Shown: piece after piece, positions 13,190 to 24,794 of the stretch
Layout: each line of letters starts with the position of its first letter
Position numbering within the stretch: the first letter of the stretch is position 1
From: Escherichia coli
GTDB lineage: Bacteria > Pseudomonadota > Gammaproteobacteria > Enterobacterales > Enterobacteriaceae
DNA length: 64,000 nt
Assembly (NCBI RefSeq): GCF_044324875.1
Contig: NZ_CP172185.1
Direction: 5' to 3' (one strand)
Program-made: the position numbers and the translations under genes
The notes under the pieces: model-generated
Told to the model about the DNA's origin: nothing
What the model saw: the letters and a program-made list of their open reading frames with translations, nothing else
Databases searched by the model: none

Positions 13190-14473
13190 TCAGCCGGGTT
13201 GACTTATCCGCGCCAATTGCTCGAAATAGTCTGGAAAAGTTTTAGCGGTACATTTTGGATCAAGAATCGTCACAGCCGTATCTGACAACGCCACCAGCGA
13301 GAAACACATCGCCATCCGGTGATCATTGTATGTTGCGATCTCGGCAAAGTTCAGTTTTTCCGGTGGAGTGATACGAATGTAATCGTGCCCCTCTTCTACT
13401 TCCGCACCAACTTTACGCAGTTCTGTTGCCATCGCAAACAGGCGATCGGTCTCTTTAACACGCCAGTTATAGATATTGCGCAGCGTGGTGGTGCCTTTTG
13501 CAAATAACGCCGCCGTGGCAATGGTCATCGCCGCATCAGGAATATGGTTCATATCCATATCAATAGCGTTCAGTTCACCCCGCGTGCAGGAAATATAATC
13601 ATCGCCCCAGCAAATGGTCGCGCCCATTTTTTCCAGCACATCAGCAAAGCGAATATCACCCTGCATACTGTTGCGTCCAATGCCGGTCACTTTTACAGTG
13701 CCGCCTTTGATTGCTGCTGCTGCCAGGAAGTAAGAAGCCGAAGATGCATCGCCTTCGACCAAATAAGTACCCGGAGACTGATAAGACTGCCCGCCTTTTA
13801 CGACAAATTGTTGATAGTGCTGATTTTCAATTTCAACACCAAACGTCTTCATCAGATTGAGTGTGATGTCGATATAAGGTTTAGAAACCAGATCGCCTTT
13901 AATACGAATAACCGTATCTTCCGGCGCAAGAGGCGCAGTCATTAATAGTGCGGTGAGGAACTGGCTGGAAACGGAGCCATCAACGTCAACGTTGCCGCCA
14001 GTAAAGCCGCCCTGTAAACGCAATGGTGGATAATTTTCTTGTTCCAGGTAAGTGATCTTCGCCCCGCCCAGGCGCAGCGCATCCACCAGATGACCAATCG
14101 GGCGCTCTTTCATACGCGGCTCACCAGTCAGCACAATATCATTGCTACCCAGACAAAGAGCTGCCGCCAGCGGGCGCATTGCCGTTCCGGCGTTTCCGAG
14201 GAACAACTCCAGGGCACCTTCTGCGTGTAATGGACCGCCGTTACCGATAATTTCGCAACGCGTACGATCAGCTGAAAGCGTATAGCTTACCCCTAACGCT
14301 GCTAATGCATTCAGCATATGGCGCACGTCATCGCTATCCAGCAGATTGGTTAATACTGTTTTGCCGTGTGCTAATGCCGCCAGCAATAAAGCGCGGTTAG
14401 AAACGCTCTTGGAACCGGGCAGATTAATAGTGCCATCGACACGAGCGATGGGTTGTAACGTCAGGGATTCCAT
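13190..14473 (-). CDS. aroA: 3-phosphoshikimate 1-carboxyvinyltransferase (EPSP synthase)
   Basis: 427-aa [26 protein letters not shown]. Confidence 0.98.
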   Translation of the reverse strand: MESLTLQPIARVDGTINLPGSKSVSNRALLLAALAHGKTVLTNLLDSDDVRHMLNALAALGVSYTLSADRTRCEIIGNGGPLHAEGALELFLGNAGTAMRPLAAALCLGSNDIVLTGEPRMKERPIGHLVDALRLGGAKITYLEQENYPPLRLQGGFTGGNVDVDGSVSSQFLTALLMTAPLAPEDTVIRIKGDLVSKPYIDITLNLMKTFGVEIENQHYQQFVVKGGQSYQSPGTYLVEGDASSASYFLAAAAIKGGTVKVTGIGRNSMQGDIRFADVLEKMGATICWGDDYISCTRGELNAIDMDMNHIPDAAMTIATAALFAKGTTTLRNIYNWRVKETDRLFAMATELRKVGAEVEEGHDYIRITPPEKLNFAEIATYNDHRMAMCFSLVALSDTAVTILDPKCTAKTFPDYFEQLARISQPG

Positions 14474-14493
14474 GAACTCAACTCTCTACAACA

Positions 14494-14524
14494 GAAATAA
14501 AAACCCCACAGGCTGACTGTGGGG
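14494..14524 (-). terminator. Intra-operon terminator/attenuator between serC and aroA
   Basis: Minus-strand hairpin CCCCACAG-N6-CTGTGGGG followed by TTTTTATTT. Confidence 0.6.
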
Positions 14525-14543
14525 ATTAAGCAAAATTTCGGCA

Positions 14544-15632
14544 TTAGCCGTGACGGCGTTCGAACTCAATCATGAAGTCTGTCAGCGCTTTAACGCCTTC
14601 CAGTGGCATGGCGTTATAAATGGACGCGCGCATTCCGCCGACCACACGGTGACCTTTCAGTGCATGAAGGCCAGCAGCAAAAGACTCTTCAAGGAACAAT
14701 TTGTCAAGCGCACTGTCCGCCAACTGGAACGGCACGTTCATCCGCGAACGGTTAGCTTTCGCCACGTCATTGCGGTAGAAATCGCTGTTATCAATCACCC
14801 CATACAGCAGTTCTGCTTTTTGCTGATTGATTTTATCCATTGCAGCTACACCGCCGTTCGCTTTCAGCCATTTAAAGACCAGACCAGACAGATACCAGGC
14901 AAATGTCGGCGGCGTGTTAAACATGGAGTCGTTATCGTTGAGAATGGAATAATCCAGAATCGACGGACACGCGATATTCGCTTTGCCCAGCAAATCTTCA
15001 CGAACGATGACGATTGTCAGGCCAGCCGGGCCGATATTTTTCTGCGCGCCAGCGTAAATTACACCATAACGGCTGACGTCAATCGGACGGGAAAGAATGG
15101 TTGAAGAGAAGTCGGCGGCGACCACCACATCTTTGCCGAAGTCTGGCGTTTCGTCGATAGCGATACCGTCGATGGTTTCATTCGGGCAGTAATGCATATA
15201 AGCAGCATTATCAGAGAGTTGCCATTCGCGCATTGGCTTAACCGCGCGCAGACCATCAACAGTCACTTTGGCGTCGAAGACATTAGGCGCGCAATATTTT
15301 TTCGCTTCTTTAATGGCACTTGCCGCCCAGTAACCAGCATCAACATAATCTGCGGTGGTTTTATCACCAAGAATATTCAGCGGTACAGCAGCAAACTGAC
15401 CACGACCGCCGCCGTGGCAGAACAATACTTTGTAGTTGGAGGGGATGTTAAGAAGATCGCGAAAATCCTTCTCGGCTTCCTCTGCAACCTGAATGAACTC
15501 TTTGCCACGGTGACTCACTTCCATCACCGACGTACCAAGACCGTTCCAGTCGCGCAGTTCCTGTTGAGCCTGTTTAAGCACCTCTGCCGGTAGCATTGCC
15601 GGACCAGAACTAAAATTGAAGATTTGAGCCAT
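14544..15632 (-). CDS. serC: Phosphoserine aminotransferase
   Basis: 362-aa [18 protein letters not shown]. Confidence 0.98.
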   Translation of the reverse strand: MAQIFNFSSGPAMLPAEVLKQAQQELRDWNGLGTSVMEVSHRGKEFIQVAEEAEKDFRDLLNIPSNYKVLFCHGGGRGQFAAVPLNILGDKTTADYVDAGYWAASAIKEAKKYCAPNVFDAKVTVDGLRAVKPMREWQLSDNAAYMHYCPNETIDGIAIDETPDFGKDVVVAADFSSTILSRPIDVSRYGVIYAGAQKNIGPAGLTIVIVREDLLGKANIACPSILDYSILNDNDSMFNTPPTFAWYLSGLVFKWLKANGGVAAMDKINQQKAELLYGVIDNSDFYRNDVAKANRSRMNVPFQLADSALDKLFLEESFAAGLHALKGHRVVGGMRASIYNAMPLEGVKALTDFMIEFERRHG

Positions 15633-15830
15633 TTCCCCTCACCACGTTGCGTTGCTATTAACCTGCGGTCAATCGATTGCGACCACAGGTAATACATTAT
15701 TCCTGTGGCTATCGGTTTTATCATTCAGTGACACACATCGCAATGAGTAAAACCGTTGAGGGCAAAAATGTGGCTTGCATCACACAAAAGAATCTCTCGG
15801 ATTATTAGCAAAAAGCCGATGTTTTTACTG

Positions 15831-16523
15831 TCACGTCACCCGTTTTGCCCGACTTGCCTTCGTCCATTCTGGATTTGCACAGCGCGGACATAATTGTTTT
15901 TCCCCCGCGTTCATATGAATGATTTCACTGCAACGAATGCAGGCATAGTCCGCCGACTCGGGTACCACTTTGTAACGCTGAGTACAGTCACTGGGTAAAA
16001 TAAGTAAGCCCGGTTTCACCTTGTCATCTTCAAAGAAATAGACACTGATTTGCCCGTTGGTTTCGAGAATCGCCAGACGTACTTGCCCCAACTGCTCTAC
16101 ACCGCGCAATCGTAGCTCCATAAAGAACTCAAATTCCGTCATGTTGGAGTTATTGAGTTTTGACCAGGCCAGCTCGCCATCTTCAATAATGACAACCGGC
16201 TTGCCTTCCAGAAGATCTTCCAGTTTTTCACTGTGCGCCATCAACCACATTACCAGGCGGTATAACAACGCCAGAGTAATAAAGACGATAAGTACCGGGA
16301 CCATCGGCACATCATCATAAAACGCCACATCTCCCGCCGCTGATCCCAGCGTCAGAATGATTAACACTTCAAAAAGCGACATCTGCCGCACACCGCGTCT
16401 TCCGGTCATTTTGAGGAACAAAAAAACCAGTACAAAGGTATAAAGACTACGTAGTGCCACTTCGCCAAGGAAATCAAAAGGCACTTTATCAAATGCCATA
16501 CGGTGGAGATCGAACGCCTTCAT
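15831..16523 (-). CDS. ycaP: DUF421-family membrane protein YcaP
   Basis: 230-aa ORF, conserved location divergent from ycaO. Confidence 0.88.
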   Translation of the reverse strand: MKAFDLHRMAFDKVPFDFLGEVALRSLYTFVLVFLFLKMTGRRGVRQMSLFEVLIILTLGSAAGDVAFYDDVPMVPVLIVFITLALLYRLVMWLMAHSEKLEDLLEGKPVVIIEDGELAWSKLNNSNMTEFEFFMELRLRGVEQLGQVRLAILETNGQISVYFFEDDKVKPGLLILPSDCTQRYKVVPESADYACIRCSEIIHMNAGEKQLCPRCANPEWTKASRAKRVT

Positions 16524-16652
16524 TTTTATGCTCTTATCGTGGTTTATCCACTAAAAGCATAGTCAACAGTTCATCGGCATGGCGGCGGTGATAGTGCCTT
16601 TGAGATAAAACCCGTATTATTGCGCGCTTTCCGTACGACTAAAGTGATTTTC

Positions 16653-18413
16653 ATGACGCAAACATTTATCCCCGGCAAAGATGCCGCACTGGAAGATTCC
16701 ATCGCTCGCTTCCAGCAAAAACTTTCAGACCTCGGCTTTCAGATTGAAGAGGCCTCCTGGCTGAATCCGGTGCCTAACGTCTGGTCTGTACATATTCGCG
16801 ACAAAGAGTGCGCACTGTGTTTTACCAACGGTAAAGGCGCAACCAAAAAAGCGGCGCTGGCTTCTGCACTCGGTGAATATTTCGAGCGTCTCTCAACCAA
16901 CTACTTTTTTGCTGATTTCTGGCTGGGCGAAACCATCGCCAACGGTCCGTTCGTGCATTATCCCAACGAAAAATGGTTCCCACTGAGCGAAAATGACGAT
17001 GTGCCAGAAGGGCTGCTCGATGACCGTCTGCGCGCATTTTACGATCCGGAGAATGAACTGGCCGGCAGTATGCTGATTGACCTGCAATCCGGTAACGAAG
17101 ATCGTGGTATTTGCGGTCTGCCGTTTACGCGTCAGTCTGATAATCAGACCGTTTATATTCCGATGAATATCATTGGTAACCTGTATGTTTCTAACGGTAT
17201 GTCCGCTGGCAATACCCGTAACGAAGCACGCGTTCAGGGGTTGTCCGAAGTTTTCGAACGCTACGTGAAAAACCGCATTATTGCTGAAAGCATCAGCTTG
17301 CCGGAAATCCCGGCAGACGTGCTGGCGCGTTACCCAGCGGTGGTTGAAGCCATCGAAACGCTGGAAGCAGAAGGTTTCCCAATCTTTGCTTATGATGGTT
17401 CGCTTGGCGGTCAGTATCCGGTGATTTGCGTGGTACTGTTCAATCCTGCTAACGGTACCTGCTTTGCCTCTTTCGGTGCGCATCCTGATTTTGGCGTAGC
17501 ACTGGAACGTACCGTGACCGAGCTGCTGCAAGGTCGTGGCCTGAAAGATTTGGATGTGTTTACTCCGCCAACCTTCGATGATGAAGAAGTTGCTGAACAT
17601 ACCAACCTCGAAACGCACTTTATCGATTCCAGCGGTTTAATCTCCTGGGACCTGTTCAAGCAGGATGCCGATTATCCGTTTGTGGACTGGAATTTCTCCG
17701 GCACTACGGAAGAAGAGTTTGCTACGCTGATGGCTATCTTCAACAAAGAAGATAAAGAAGTTTATATTGCCGATTACGAGCATCTGGGCGTTTATGCATG
17801 CCGAATTATCGTACCTGGCATGTCCGATATTTATCCGGCTGAAGATCTGTGGCTGGCGAATAACAGTATGGGCAGCCATTTACGTGAAACGATTCTTTCG
17901 TTACCAGGCAGCGAGTGGGAAAAAGAAGATTACCTGAACCTCATTGAGCAACTGGATGAAGAAGGTTTTGATGACTTTACCCGCGTGCGTGAGCTGTTGG
18001 GTCTGGCGACCGGGTCGGATAACGGTTGGTACACCCTGCGTATCGGAGAATTAAAAGCCATGCTGGCGCTGGCTGGTGGCGATCTGGAACAGGCTCTGGT
18101 CTGGACCGAATGGACGATGGAGTTTAACTCATCGGTATTCAGCCCGGAACGCGCCAACTATTATCGCTGCCTGCAAACGTTGTTATTACTGGCGCAGGAA
18201 GAAGATCGCCAGCCGCTGCAATATCTGAATGCGTTTGTTCGCATGTACGGCGCAGATGCCGTGGAAGCCGCCAGTGCGGCAATGAGCGGCGAAGCGGCGT
18301 TTTATGGCTTGCAACCAGTAGATAGCGATCTGCACGCGTTTGCTGCACATCAGTCGTTGTTGAAGGCCTACGAAAAGCTGCAGCGCGCCAAAGCAGCATT
18401 CTGGGCAAAATAA
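16653..18413 (+). CDS. ycaO: YcaO-domain protein (ribosomal S12 methylthiolation accessory factor)
   Basis: Start at ATG giving MTQTFIPGKD (586 aa); YcaO family. Confidence 0.92.
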   Translation: MTQTFIPGKDAALEDSIARFQQKLSDLGFQIEEASWLNPVPNVWSVHIRDKECALCFTNGKGATKKAALASALGEYFERLSTNYFFADFWLGETIANGPFVHYPNEKWFPLSENDDVPEGLLDDRLRAFYDPENELAGSMLIDLQSGNEDRGICGLPFTRQSDNQTVYIPMNIIGNLYVSNGMSAGNTRNEARVQGLSEVFERYVKNRIIAESISLPEIPADVLARYPAVVEAIETLEAEGFPIFAYDGSLGGQYPVICVVLFNPANGTCFASFGAHPDFGVALERTVTELLQGRGLKDLDVFTPPTFDDEEVAEHTNLETHFIDSSGLISWDLFKQDADYPFVDWNFSGTTEEEFATLMAIFNKEDKEVYIADYEHLGVYACRIIVPGMSDIYPAEDLWLANNSMGSHLRETILSLPGSEWEKEDYLNLIEQLDEEGFDDFTRVRELLGLATGSDNGWYTLRIGELKAMLALAGGDLEQALVWTEWTMEFNSSVFSPERANYYRCLQTLLLLAQEEDRQPLQYLNAFVRMYGADAVEAASAAMSGEAAFYGLQPVDSDLHAFAAHQSLLKAYEKLQRAKAAFWAK

Positions 18414-18744
18414 AATCAAATAGCCTACGCAATGTAGGCTTAATGATTCGTCTGAGTTATATTACGGGGCGTTTTTTTAATGCCCCGCTTTACATATATT
18501 TGCATTAATAAAATAATTGTAATTATAAAGTTAAATATCGGTAATTTATATTTAATAAATACGATCGATATTGTTACTTTATTCGCCTGATGCTCCCTTT
18601 TAATTAACTGTTTTAGCGGAGGATGCGGAAAAAATTCAACTCATTTGTTAATTTTTAAAATTTATTTTTATTTGGATAATCAAATATTTACTCCGTATTT
18701 GCATAAAAACCATGCGAGTTACGGGCCTATAAGCCAGGCGAGAT

Positions 18745-18758
18745 ATGATCTATATCAA
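18745..18758 (+). promoter_or_regulatory. FNR-type half-site dyad in focA-pflB promoter region
   Basis: ATGAT-N4-ATCAA close to TTGAT-N4-ATCAA consensus, followed by TATAAT-like hexamer; exact promoter assignment not resolved. Confidence 0.5.
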
Positions 18759-18818
18759 TTTCTCATCTATAATGCTTTGTTAGTATCTCGTCGCCGACTT
18801 AATAAAGAGAGAGTTAGT

Positions 18819-19676
18819 GTGAAAGCTGACAACCCTTTTGATCTTTTACTTCCTGCAGCAATGGCCAAAGTGGCCGAAGAGGCAGGTGTCTATAAAGCAA
18901 CGAAACATCCGCTTAAGACTTTCTATCTGGCGATTACCGCCGGTGTTTTCATCTCAATCGCATTCGTCTTCTATATCACAGCAACCACTGGCACAGGAAC
19001 AATGCCCTTCGGCATGGCAAAACTGGTTGGCGGTATTTGCTTCTCTCTGGGGCTGATTCTTTGTGTTGTCTGCGGAGCCGATCTCTTTACTTCCACAGTG
19101 TTGATTGTTGTTGCTAAGGCGAGTGGGCGCATCACCTGGGGTCAGTTAGCGAAAAACTGGCTAAATGTCTATTTTGGCAACCTGGTCGGCGCACTGCTGT
19201 TTGTACTTTTAATGTGGCTTTCCGGCGAGTATATGACCGCAAATGGTCAATGGGGACTAAACGTCCTACAAACTGCCGACCACAAAGTGCACCATACTTT
19301 TATTGAGGCCGTCTGCCTTGGTATCCTGGCAAACCTGATGGTATGTCTGGCAGTATGGATGAGTTATTCTGGCCGCAGCCTGATGGATAAAGCGTTCATT
19401 ATGGTGCTACCGGTCGCGATGTTTGTTGCCAGCGGTTTTGAGCACAGTATCGCAAACATGTTTATGATCCCGATGGGTATTGTAATCCGCGACTTCGCAT
19501 CTCCGGAATTCTGGACCGCTGTCGGTTCTGCACCGGAAAATTTTTCTCACCTGACCGTGATGAACTTCATCACTGATAACCTGATTCCGGTTACGATCGG
19601 TAATATTATCGGCGGTGGTTTGTTGGTTGGGTTGACATACTGGGTCATTTACCTGCGTGAAAACGATCACCATTAA
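18819..19676 (+). CDS. focA: Formate channel FocA
   Basis: GTG start giving VKADNPFDLL (285 aa); ORF track extension from upstream TTG is not the real start. Confidence 0.94.
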   Translation: MKADNPFDLLLPAAMAKVAEEAGVYKATKHPLKTFYLAITAGVFISIAFVFYITATTGTGTMPFGMAKLVGGICFSLGLILCVVCGADLFTSTVLIVVAKASGRITWGQLAKNWLNVYFGNLVGALLFVLLMWLSGEYMTANGQWGLNVLQTADHKVHHTFIEAVCLGILANLMVCLAVWMSYSGRSLMDKAFIMVLPVAMFVASGFEHSIANMFMIPMGIVIRDFASPEFWTAVGSAPENFSHLTVMNFITDNLIPVTIGNIIGGGLLVGLTYWVIYLRENDHH

Positions 19677-19730
19677 TGGTTGTCGAAGTACGCAGTAAAT
19701 AAAAAATCCACTTAAGAAGGTAGGTGTTAC

Positions 19731-22013
19731 ATGTCCGAGCTTAATGAAAAGTTAGCCACAGCCTGGGAAGGTTTTACCAAAGGTGACTGGCAGAATGAAG
19801 TAAACGTCCGTGACTTCATTCAGAAAAACTACACTCCGTACGAGGGTGACGAGTCCTTCCTGGCTGGCGCTACTGAAGCGACCACCACCCTGTGGGACAA
19901 AGTAATGGAAGGCGTTAAACTGGAAAACCGCACTCACGCGCCAGTTGACTTTGACACCGCTGTTGCTTCCACCATCACCTCTCACGACGCTGGCTACATC
20001 AACAAAGCGTTGGAAAAAGTTGTTGGTCTGCAGACTGAAGCTCCGCTGAAACGTGCTCTTATCCCGTTCGGTGGTATCAAAATGATCGAAGGTTCCTGCA
20101 AAGCGTACAACCGCGAACTGGACCCGATGATCAAAAAAATCTTCACTGAATACCGTAAAACTCACAACCAGGGCGTGTTCGACGTTTACACTCCGGACAT
20201 CCTGCGTTGCCGTAAATCCGGTGTTCTGACCGGTCTGCCAGATGCTTATGGCCGTGGTCGTATCATCGGTGACTACCGTCGCGTTGCGCTGTACGGTATC
20301 GACTACCTGATGAAAGACAAACTTGCACAGTTCACCTCTCTGCAGGCTGATCTGGAAAACGGCGTAAACCTGGAACAGACTATCCGTCTGCGCGAAGAAA
20401 TCGCTGAACAGCACCGCGCTCTGGGTCAGATGAAAGAAATGGCTGCGAAATACGGCTACGACATCTCTGGTCCGGCTACCAACGCTCAGGAAGCTATCCA
20501 GTGGACTTACTTTGGCTACCTGGCTGCTGTTAAGTCTCAGAACGGTGCTGCAATGTCCTTCGGTCGTACCTCCACCTTCCTGGATGTGTACATCGAACGT
20601 GACCTGAAAGCTGGCAAGATCACCGAACAAGAAGCGCAGGAAATGGTTGACCACCTGGTCATGAAACTGCGTATGGTTCGCTTCCTGCGTACTCCGGAAT
20701 ACGATGAACTGTTCTCTGGCGACCCGATCTGGGCAACCGAATCTATCGGTGGTATGGGCCTCGACGGTCGTACCCTGGTTACCAAAAACAGCTTCCGTTT
20801 CCTGAACACCCTGTACACCATGGGTCCGTCTCCGGAACCGAACATGACCATTCTGTGGTCTGAAAAACTGCCGCTGAACTTCAAGAAATTCGCCGCTAAA
20901 GTGTCCATCGACACCTCTTCTCTGCAGTATGAGAACGATGACCTGATGCGTCCGGACTTCAACAACGATGACTACGCTATCGCTTGCTGCGTAAGCCCGA
21001 TGATCGTTGGTAAACAAATGCAGTTCTTCGGTGCGCGTGCAAACCTGGCGAAAACCATGCTGTACGCAATCAACGGTGGCGTTGACGAAAAACTGAAAAT
21101 GCAGGTTGGTCCGAAGTCTGAGCCGATCAAAGGCGATCTCCTGAACTACGATGAAGTGATGGAGCGCATGGATCACTTCATGGACTGGCTGGCTAAACAG
21201 TACATCACTGCACTGAACATCATCCACTACATGCACGACAAGTACAGCTACGAAGCCTCTCTGATGGCGCTGCACGACCGTGACGTTATCCGCACCATGG
21301 CGTGTGGTATCGCTGGTCTGTCCGTTGCTGCTGACTCCCTGTCTGCAATCAAATATGCGAAAGTTAAACCGATTCGTGACGAAGACGGTCTGGCTATCGA
21401 CTTCGAAATCGAAGGCGAATACCCGCAGTTTGGTAACAACGATCCGCGTGTAGATGACCTGGCTGTTGACCTGGTAGAACGTTTCATGAAGAAAATTCAG
21501 AAACTGCACACCTACCGTGACGCTATCCCGACTCAGTCTGTTCTGACCATCACTTCTAACGTTGTGTATGGTAAGAAAACGGGTAACACCCCAGACGGTC
21601 GTCGTGCTGGCGCGCCGTTCGGACCGGGTGCTAACCCGATGCACGGTCGTGACCAGAAAGGTGCAGTAGCCTCTCTGACTTCCGTTGCTAAACTGCCGTT
21701 TGCTTACGCTAAAGATGGTATCTCCTACACCTTCTCTATCGTTCCGAACGCACTGGGTAAAGACGACGAAGTTCGTAAGACCAACCTGGCTGGTCTGATG
21801 GATGGTTACTTCCACCACGAAGCGTCCATCGAAGGTGGTCAGCACCTGAACGTTAACGTGATGAACCGTGAAATGCTGCTCGACGCGATGGAAAACCCGG
21901 AAAAATATCCGCAGCTGACCATCCGTGTATCTGGCTACGCAGTACGTTTCAACTCGCTGACTAAAGAACAGCAGCAGGACGTTATTACTCGTACCTTCAC
22001 TCAATCTATGTAA
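19731..22013 (+). CDS. pflB: Pyruvate formate-lyase (glycyl radical enzyme)
   Basis: 760-aa ORF with glycyl-radical motif RVSGY near C-terminus. Confidence 0.98.
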   Translation: MSELNEKLATAWEGFTKGDWQNEVNVRDFIQKNYTPYEGDESFLAGATEATTTLWDKVMEGVKLENRTHAPVDFDTAVASTITSHDAGYINKALEKVVGLQTEAPLKRALIPFGGIKMIEGSCKAYNRELDPMIKKIFTEYRKTHNQGVFDVYTPDILRCRKSGVLTGLPDAYGRGRIIGDYRRVALYGIDYLMKDKLAQFTSLQADLENGVNLEQTIRLREEIAEQHRALGQMKEMAAKYGYDISGPATNAQEAIQWTYFGYLAAVKSQNGAAMSFGRTSTFLDVYIERDLKAGKITEQEAQEMVDHLVMKLRMVRFLRTPEYDELFSGDPIWATESIGGMGLDGRTLVTKNSFRFLNTLYTMGPSPEPNMTILWSEKLPLNFKKFAAKVSIDTSSLQYENDDLMRPDFNNDDYAIACCVSPMIVGKQMQFFGARANLAKTMLYAINGGVDEKLKMQVGPKSEPIKGDLLNYDEVMERMDHFMDWLAKQYITALNIIHYMHDKYSYEASLMALHDRDVIRTMACGIAGLSVAADSLSAIKYAKVKPIRDEDGLAIDFEIEGEYPQFGNNDPRVDDLAVDLVERFMKKIQKLHTYRDAIPTQSVLTITSNVVYGKKTGNTPDGRRAGAPFGPGANPMHGRDQKGAVASLTSVAKLPFAYAKDGISYTFSIVPNALGKDDEVRKTNLAGLMDGYFHHEASIEGGQHLNVNVMNREMLLDAMENPEKYPQLTIRVSGYAVRFNSLTKEQQQDVITRTFTQSM

Positions 22014-22055
22014 TTAGATTTGACTGAAATCGTACAGTAAAAAGCGTACAATAAA

Positions 22056-22081
22056 GGCTCCACGAAAGTGGGGCCTTTTTT
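22056..22081 (+). terminator. Rho-independent terminator after pflB
   Basis: GGCTCCAC-GAAA-GTGGGGCC followed by T-run. Confidence 0.7.
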
Positions 22082-22204
22082 AGCACGAGAGCCTTTTTTG
22101 TCAGCTATCTATACTTTAAGGTGACTGCCAAAACAGACTCGACGTAGCCTTCGAGCTGCGCACCAACACGGCCTCAGATGGGCCACATCTGGAGAAACAC
22201 CGCA

Positions 22205-22945
22205 ATGTCAGTTATTGGTCGCATTCACTCCTTTGAATCCTGTGGAACCGTAGACGGCCCGGGTATTCGCTTTATCACCTTTTTCCAGGGCTGCCTGATG
22301 CGCTGCCTGTATTGTCATAACCGCGACACCTGGGACACGCATGGCGGTAAAGAAGTTACCGTTGAAGATTTAATGAAAGAGGTGGTGACCTATCGCCACT
22401 TTATGAACGCTTCCGGCGGCGGCGTTACCGCATCCGGCGGTGAAGCAATCCTGCAAGCTGAGTTTGTTCGTGACTGGTTCCGCGCCTGCAAAAAAGAAGG
22501 CATTCATACCTGTCTGGACACCAACGGTTTTGTTCGTCGTTACGATCCGGTGATTGATGAACTGCTGGAAGTAACCGACCTGGTAATGCTCGATCTCAAA
22601 CAGATGAACGACGAGATCCACCAAAATCTGGTTGGAGTTTCAAACCACCGCACGCTGGAGTTCGCCAAATATCTGGCGAACAAAAATGTGAAGGTGTGGA
22701 TCCGCTACGTTGTTGTCCCAGGCTGGTCTGACGATGACGATTCAGCGCATCGCCTCGGTGAATTTACCCGTGATATGGGCAACGTTGAGAAAATCGAGCT
22801 TCTCCCCTACCACGAACTGGGCAAACACAAATGGGTGGCGATGGGTGAAGAATACAAACTTGATGGTGTTAAACCACCGAAGAAAGAGACCATGGAACGC
22901 GTGAAAGGCATTCTTGAGCAGTACGGTCATAAGGTAATGTTCTAA
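22205..22945 (+). CDS. pflA: Pyruvate formate-lyase activating enzyme (radical SAM)
   Basis: Start at [14 protein letters not shown] (246 aa); CxxxCxxC radical SAM motif (CLMRCLYC). Confidence 0.96.
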   Translation: MSVIGRIHSFESCGTVDGPGIRFITFFQGCLMRCLYCHNRDTWDTHGGKEVTVEDLMKEVVTYRHFMNASGGGVTASGGEAILQAEFVRDWFRACKKEGIHTCLDTNGFVRRYDPVIDELLEVTDLVMLDLKQMNDEIHQNLVGVSNHRTLEFAKYLANKNVKVWIRYVVVPGWSDDDDSAHRLGEFTRDMGNVEKIELLPYHELGKHKWVAMGEEYKLDGVKPPKKETMERVKGILEQYGHKVMF

Positions 22946-22955
22946 TTTCCCCGTA

Positions 22956-22988
22956 AAGCGGCAACTTTTTTGAGTTGCCGCTTTTTTA
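22956..22988 (+). terminator. Rho-independent terminator after pflA
   Basis: AAGCGGCAACT...AGTTGCCGCTT followed by TTTTTTATT. Confidence 0.7.
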
Positions 22989-23154
22989 TTCCGCGCTGCA
23001 TAAATAATTCAGAGCTCTATTTCTAACGCCCTTACAGCACAGCTTCCAAATGTATTACCCAAACCGCCAGTATATGTCCTGCGGCTTGCGCGCATTTCTC
23101 GATTATGTAAAAACGGGTCAGATCTGCCAGAGTCAGCGTCACCGGCCACAATAA

Positions 23155-24585
23155 TTATTTGCCATTCGCTTTACGCGCCAGCAGCGGGAATATCAGCCCT
23201 AATCCTACCAGCACAAACGGCGTTGCAACATTCAGCGCCAACTGGAATGTCCACTCTGCGGTGAAGGCTTCCATTTTCGGGAAAATACCAGTCAGGCAGG
23301 CAAAAGCGGTAAAGGCAAAACACCAAATTCCGACGGTCATTGCCAGCGGCTTATTACGAATAAAGACATATTCTGGTTTATATTTCTGCGCCAGGCGAAC
23401 AACTGCAATAAATGCAACAAATACCCATAAATAACGCAGCGGCATCACTACCGAGTTAAGATTCAACAGCCATTTATAGAGATTGTTCATATCACCAATG
23501 CCGAGAGTCGGCAGCATTATCAGGATCGCCACCAGCACCAGGGTCAGAAAATAGCCATTAACGGGCGTACCAGAAGCGTTGGTACGACATAAACTGGCTG
23601 GAATATATTTGCTGTCAGCATCGCCTAATAACACTTTAAGCGGCGCATCAATCGAGAATACCAGCGCAGCTACTTGTCCCAGGGTATTCGCAATGGCATA
23701 AATCACCATTAAAGTATTACCCATGTTGTAATACTCGCCCAGCTTCTGAAAGGCGTAATACTGACCGTTAGTCATTAAGTCATCCGGGATATTACGCGAG
23801 TCAAACATCATCCCCATCGCCAGTGAGCCCAGAATGGCACAAACCGCAACCATCACCGCCAGGCATAACATCCCTTTTGGAAATTCTTTTCCTGGGTTGC
23901 GCGTTTGATTAACGTAAGGAGAAATCTTCTCTGCTCCGCCAACCGCGAAAACCAGCATTGAAATAGTGGTAATGTAGGTAAAGTCGATATGAGGAATGAA
24001 CGTTTCCCAGGTAATGTTTGTGGTCGCAATATGCACTTCAGTAATTGCAGGCGCGGTTACCGCCATCGCCACATACAGGAGCGACATAACAAACATCGCA
24101 ATCCCTGCCACAGAACCGACGATTTTCAGCGATTTCATACCGCGTGAAGCAACCCACATAAAGAAGATAAACAGCACCAGCGTTAACCCCTGTAACGCTA
24201 CGACTGAATATTCTTTGATTAACGAACCGTCGCCTTTCATCGCCCAACCGAGCGCAATCAGTATTGCCTGGGGTTTTTGTGCCAGATAGGGAATATGCAC
24301 TACCCAGTAGGTCCACGCGGCGAGGTAAGCCAGTCCGGGTCCCATCGTGTGTTTAATCCAGGTACTGACCCCGCCCTTCCCATCTTTGAAGGTCGAGCCT
24401 AACTGACCAACAATTAGCGCATAAGGTGTGAAATAGAGCGCAAAGATAAACACCCATGAAAAAACAACCACCAGCCCCTGGTTGGCGTAGTTATTAACAA
24501 CGTTGCCAAAACCCCAGACAGTGATAAAAGACATCAGCGCAATGTTGTACCATCGCAGCTGTTTTTCCTGAACATTCCCAGCCAT
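23155..24585 (-). CDS. ycaM: APC-family putative transporter YcaM
   Basis: Start set at ATG giving MAGNVQEKQLRW (476 aa); polytopic membrane protein. Confidence 0.88.
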   Translation of the reverse strand: MAGNVQEKQLRWYNIALMSFITVWGFGNVVNNYANQGLVVVFSWVFIFALYFTPYALIVGQLGSTFKDGKGGVSTWIKHTMGPGLAYLAAWTYWVVHIPYLAQKPQAILIALGWAMKGDGSLIKEYSVVALQGLTLVLFIFFMWVASRGMKSLKIVGSVAGIAMFVMSLLYVAMAVTAPAITEVHIATTNITWETFIPHIDFTYITTISMLVFAVGGAEKISPYVNQTRNPGKEFPKGMLCLAVMVAVCAILGSLAMGMMFDSRNIPDDLMTNGQYYAFQKLGEYYNMGNTLMVIYAIANTLGQVAALVFSIDAPLKVLLGDADSKYIPASLCRTNASGTPVNGYFLTLVLVAILIMLPTLGIGDMNNLYKWLLNLNSVVMPLRYLWVFVAFIAVVRLAQKYKPEYVFIRNKPLAMTVGIWCFAFTAFACLTGIFPKMEAFTAEWTFQLALNVATPFVLVGLGLIFPLLARKANGK

Positions 24586-24794
24586 AGACAAATCCTTCGC
24601 CAAAATTAAAGGGGCATCTGTAAAACGAGGGATTATGCGCGGCAAATAAGAAGTGCGGAAATAGCGAAATGCAAAATTATAACCTGCTGCACATTTTATT
24701 TTGAAACGAATAAAATTTTGAAAAAAGCAAGTCAGAGAGAAGAAACAGAAAAGCAGAGTGTGAAACAGTAAGTTCACACTCTGCGTTAATTCAT

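Noticed and set aside
16893-17618. 241-aa antisense ORF within ycaO
   Set aside because: Shadow ORF opposite a well-supported conserved gene.
19752-22004. 750-aa antisense ORF spanning nearly all of pflB
   Set aside because: Lies exactly opposite a highly expressed gene with strong codon bias; the translation is low-complexity and not protein-like. Classic spurious shadow ORF.
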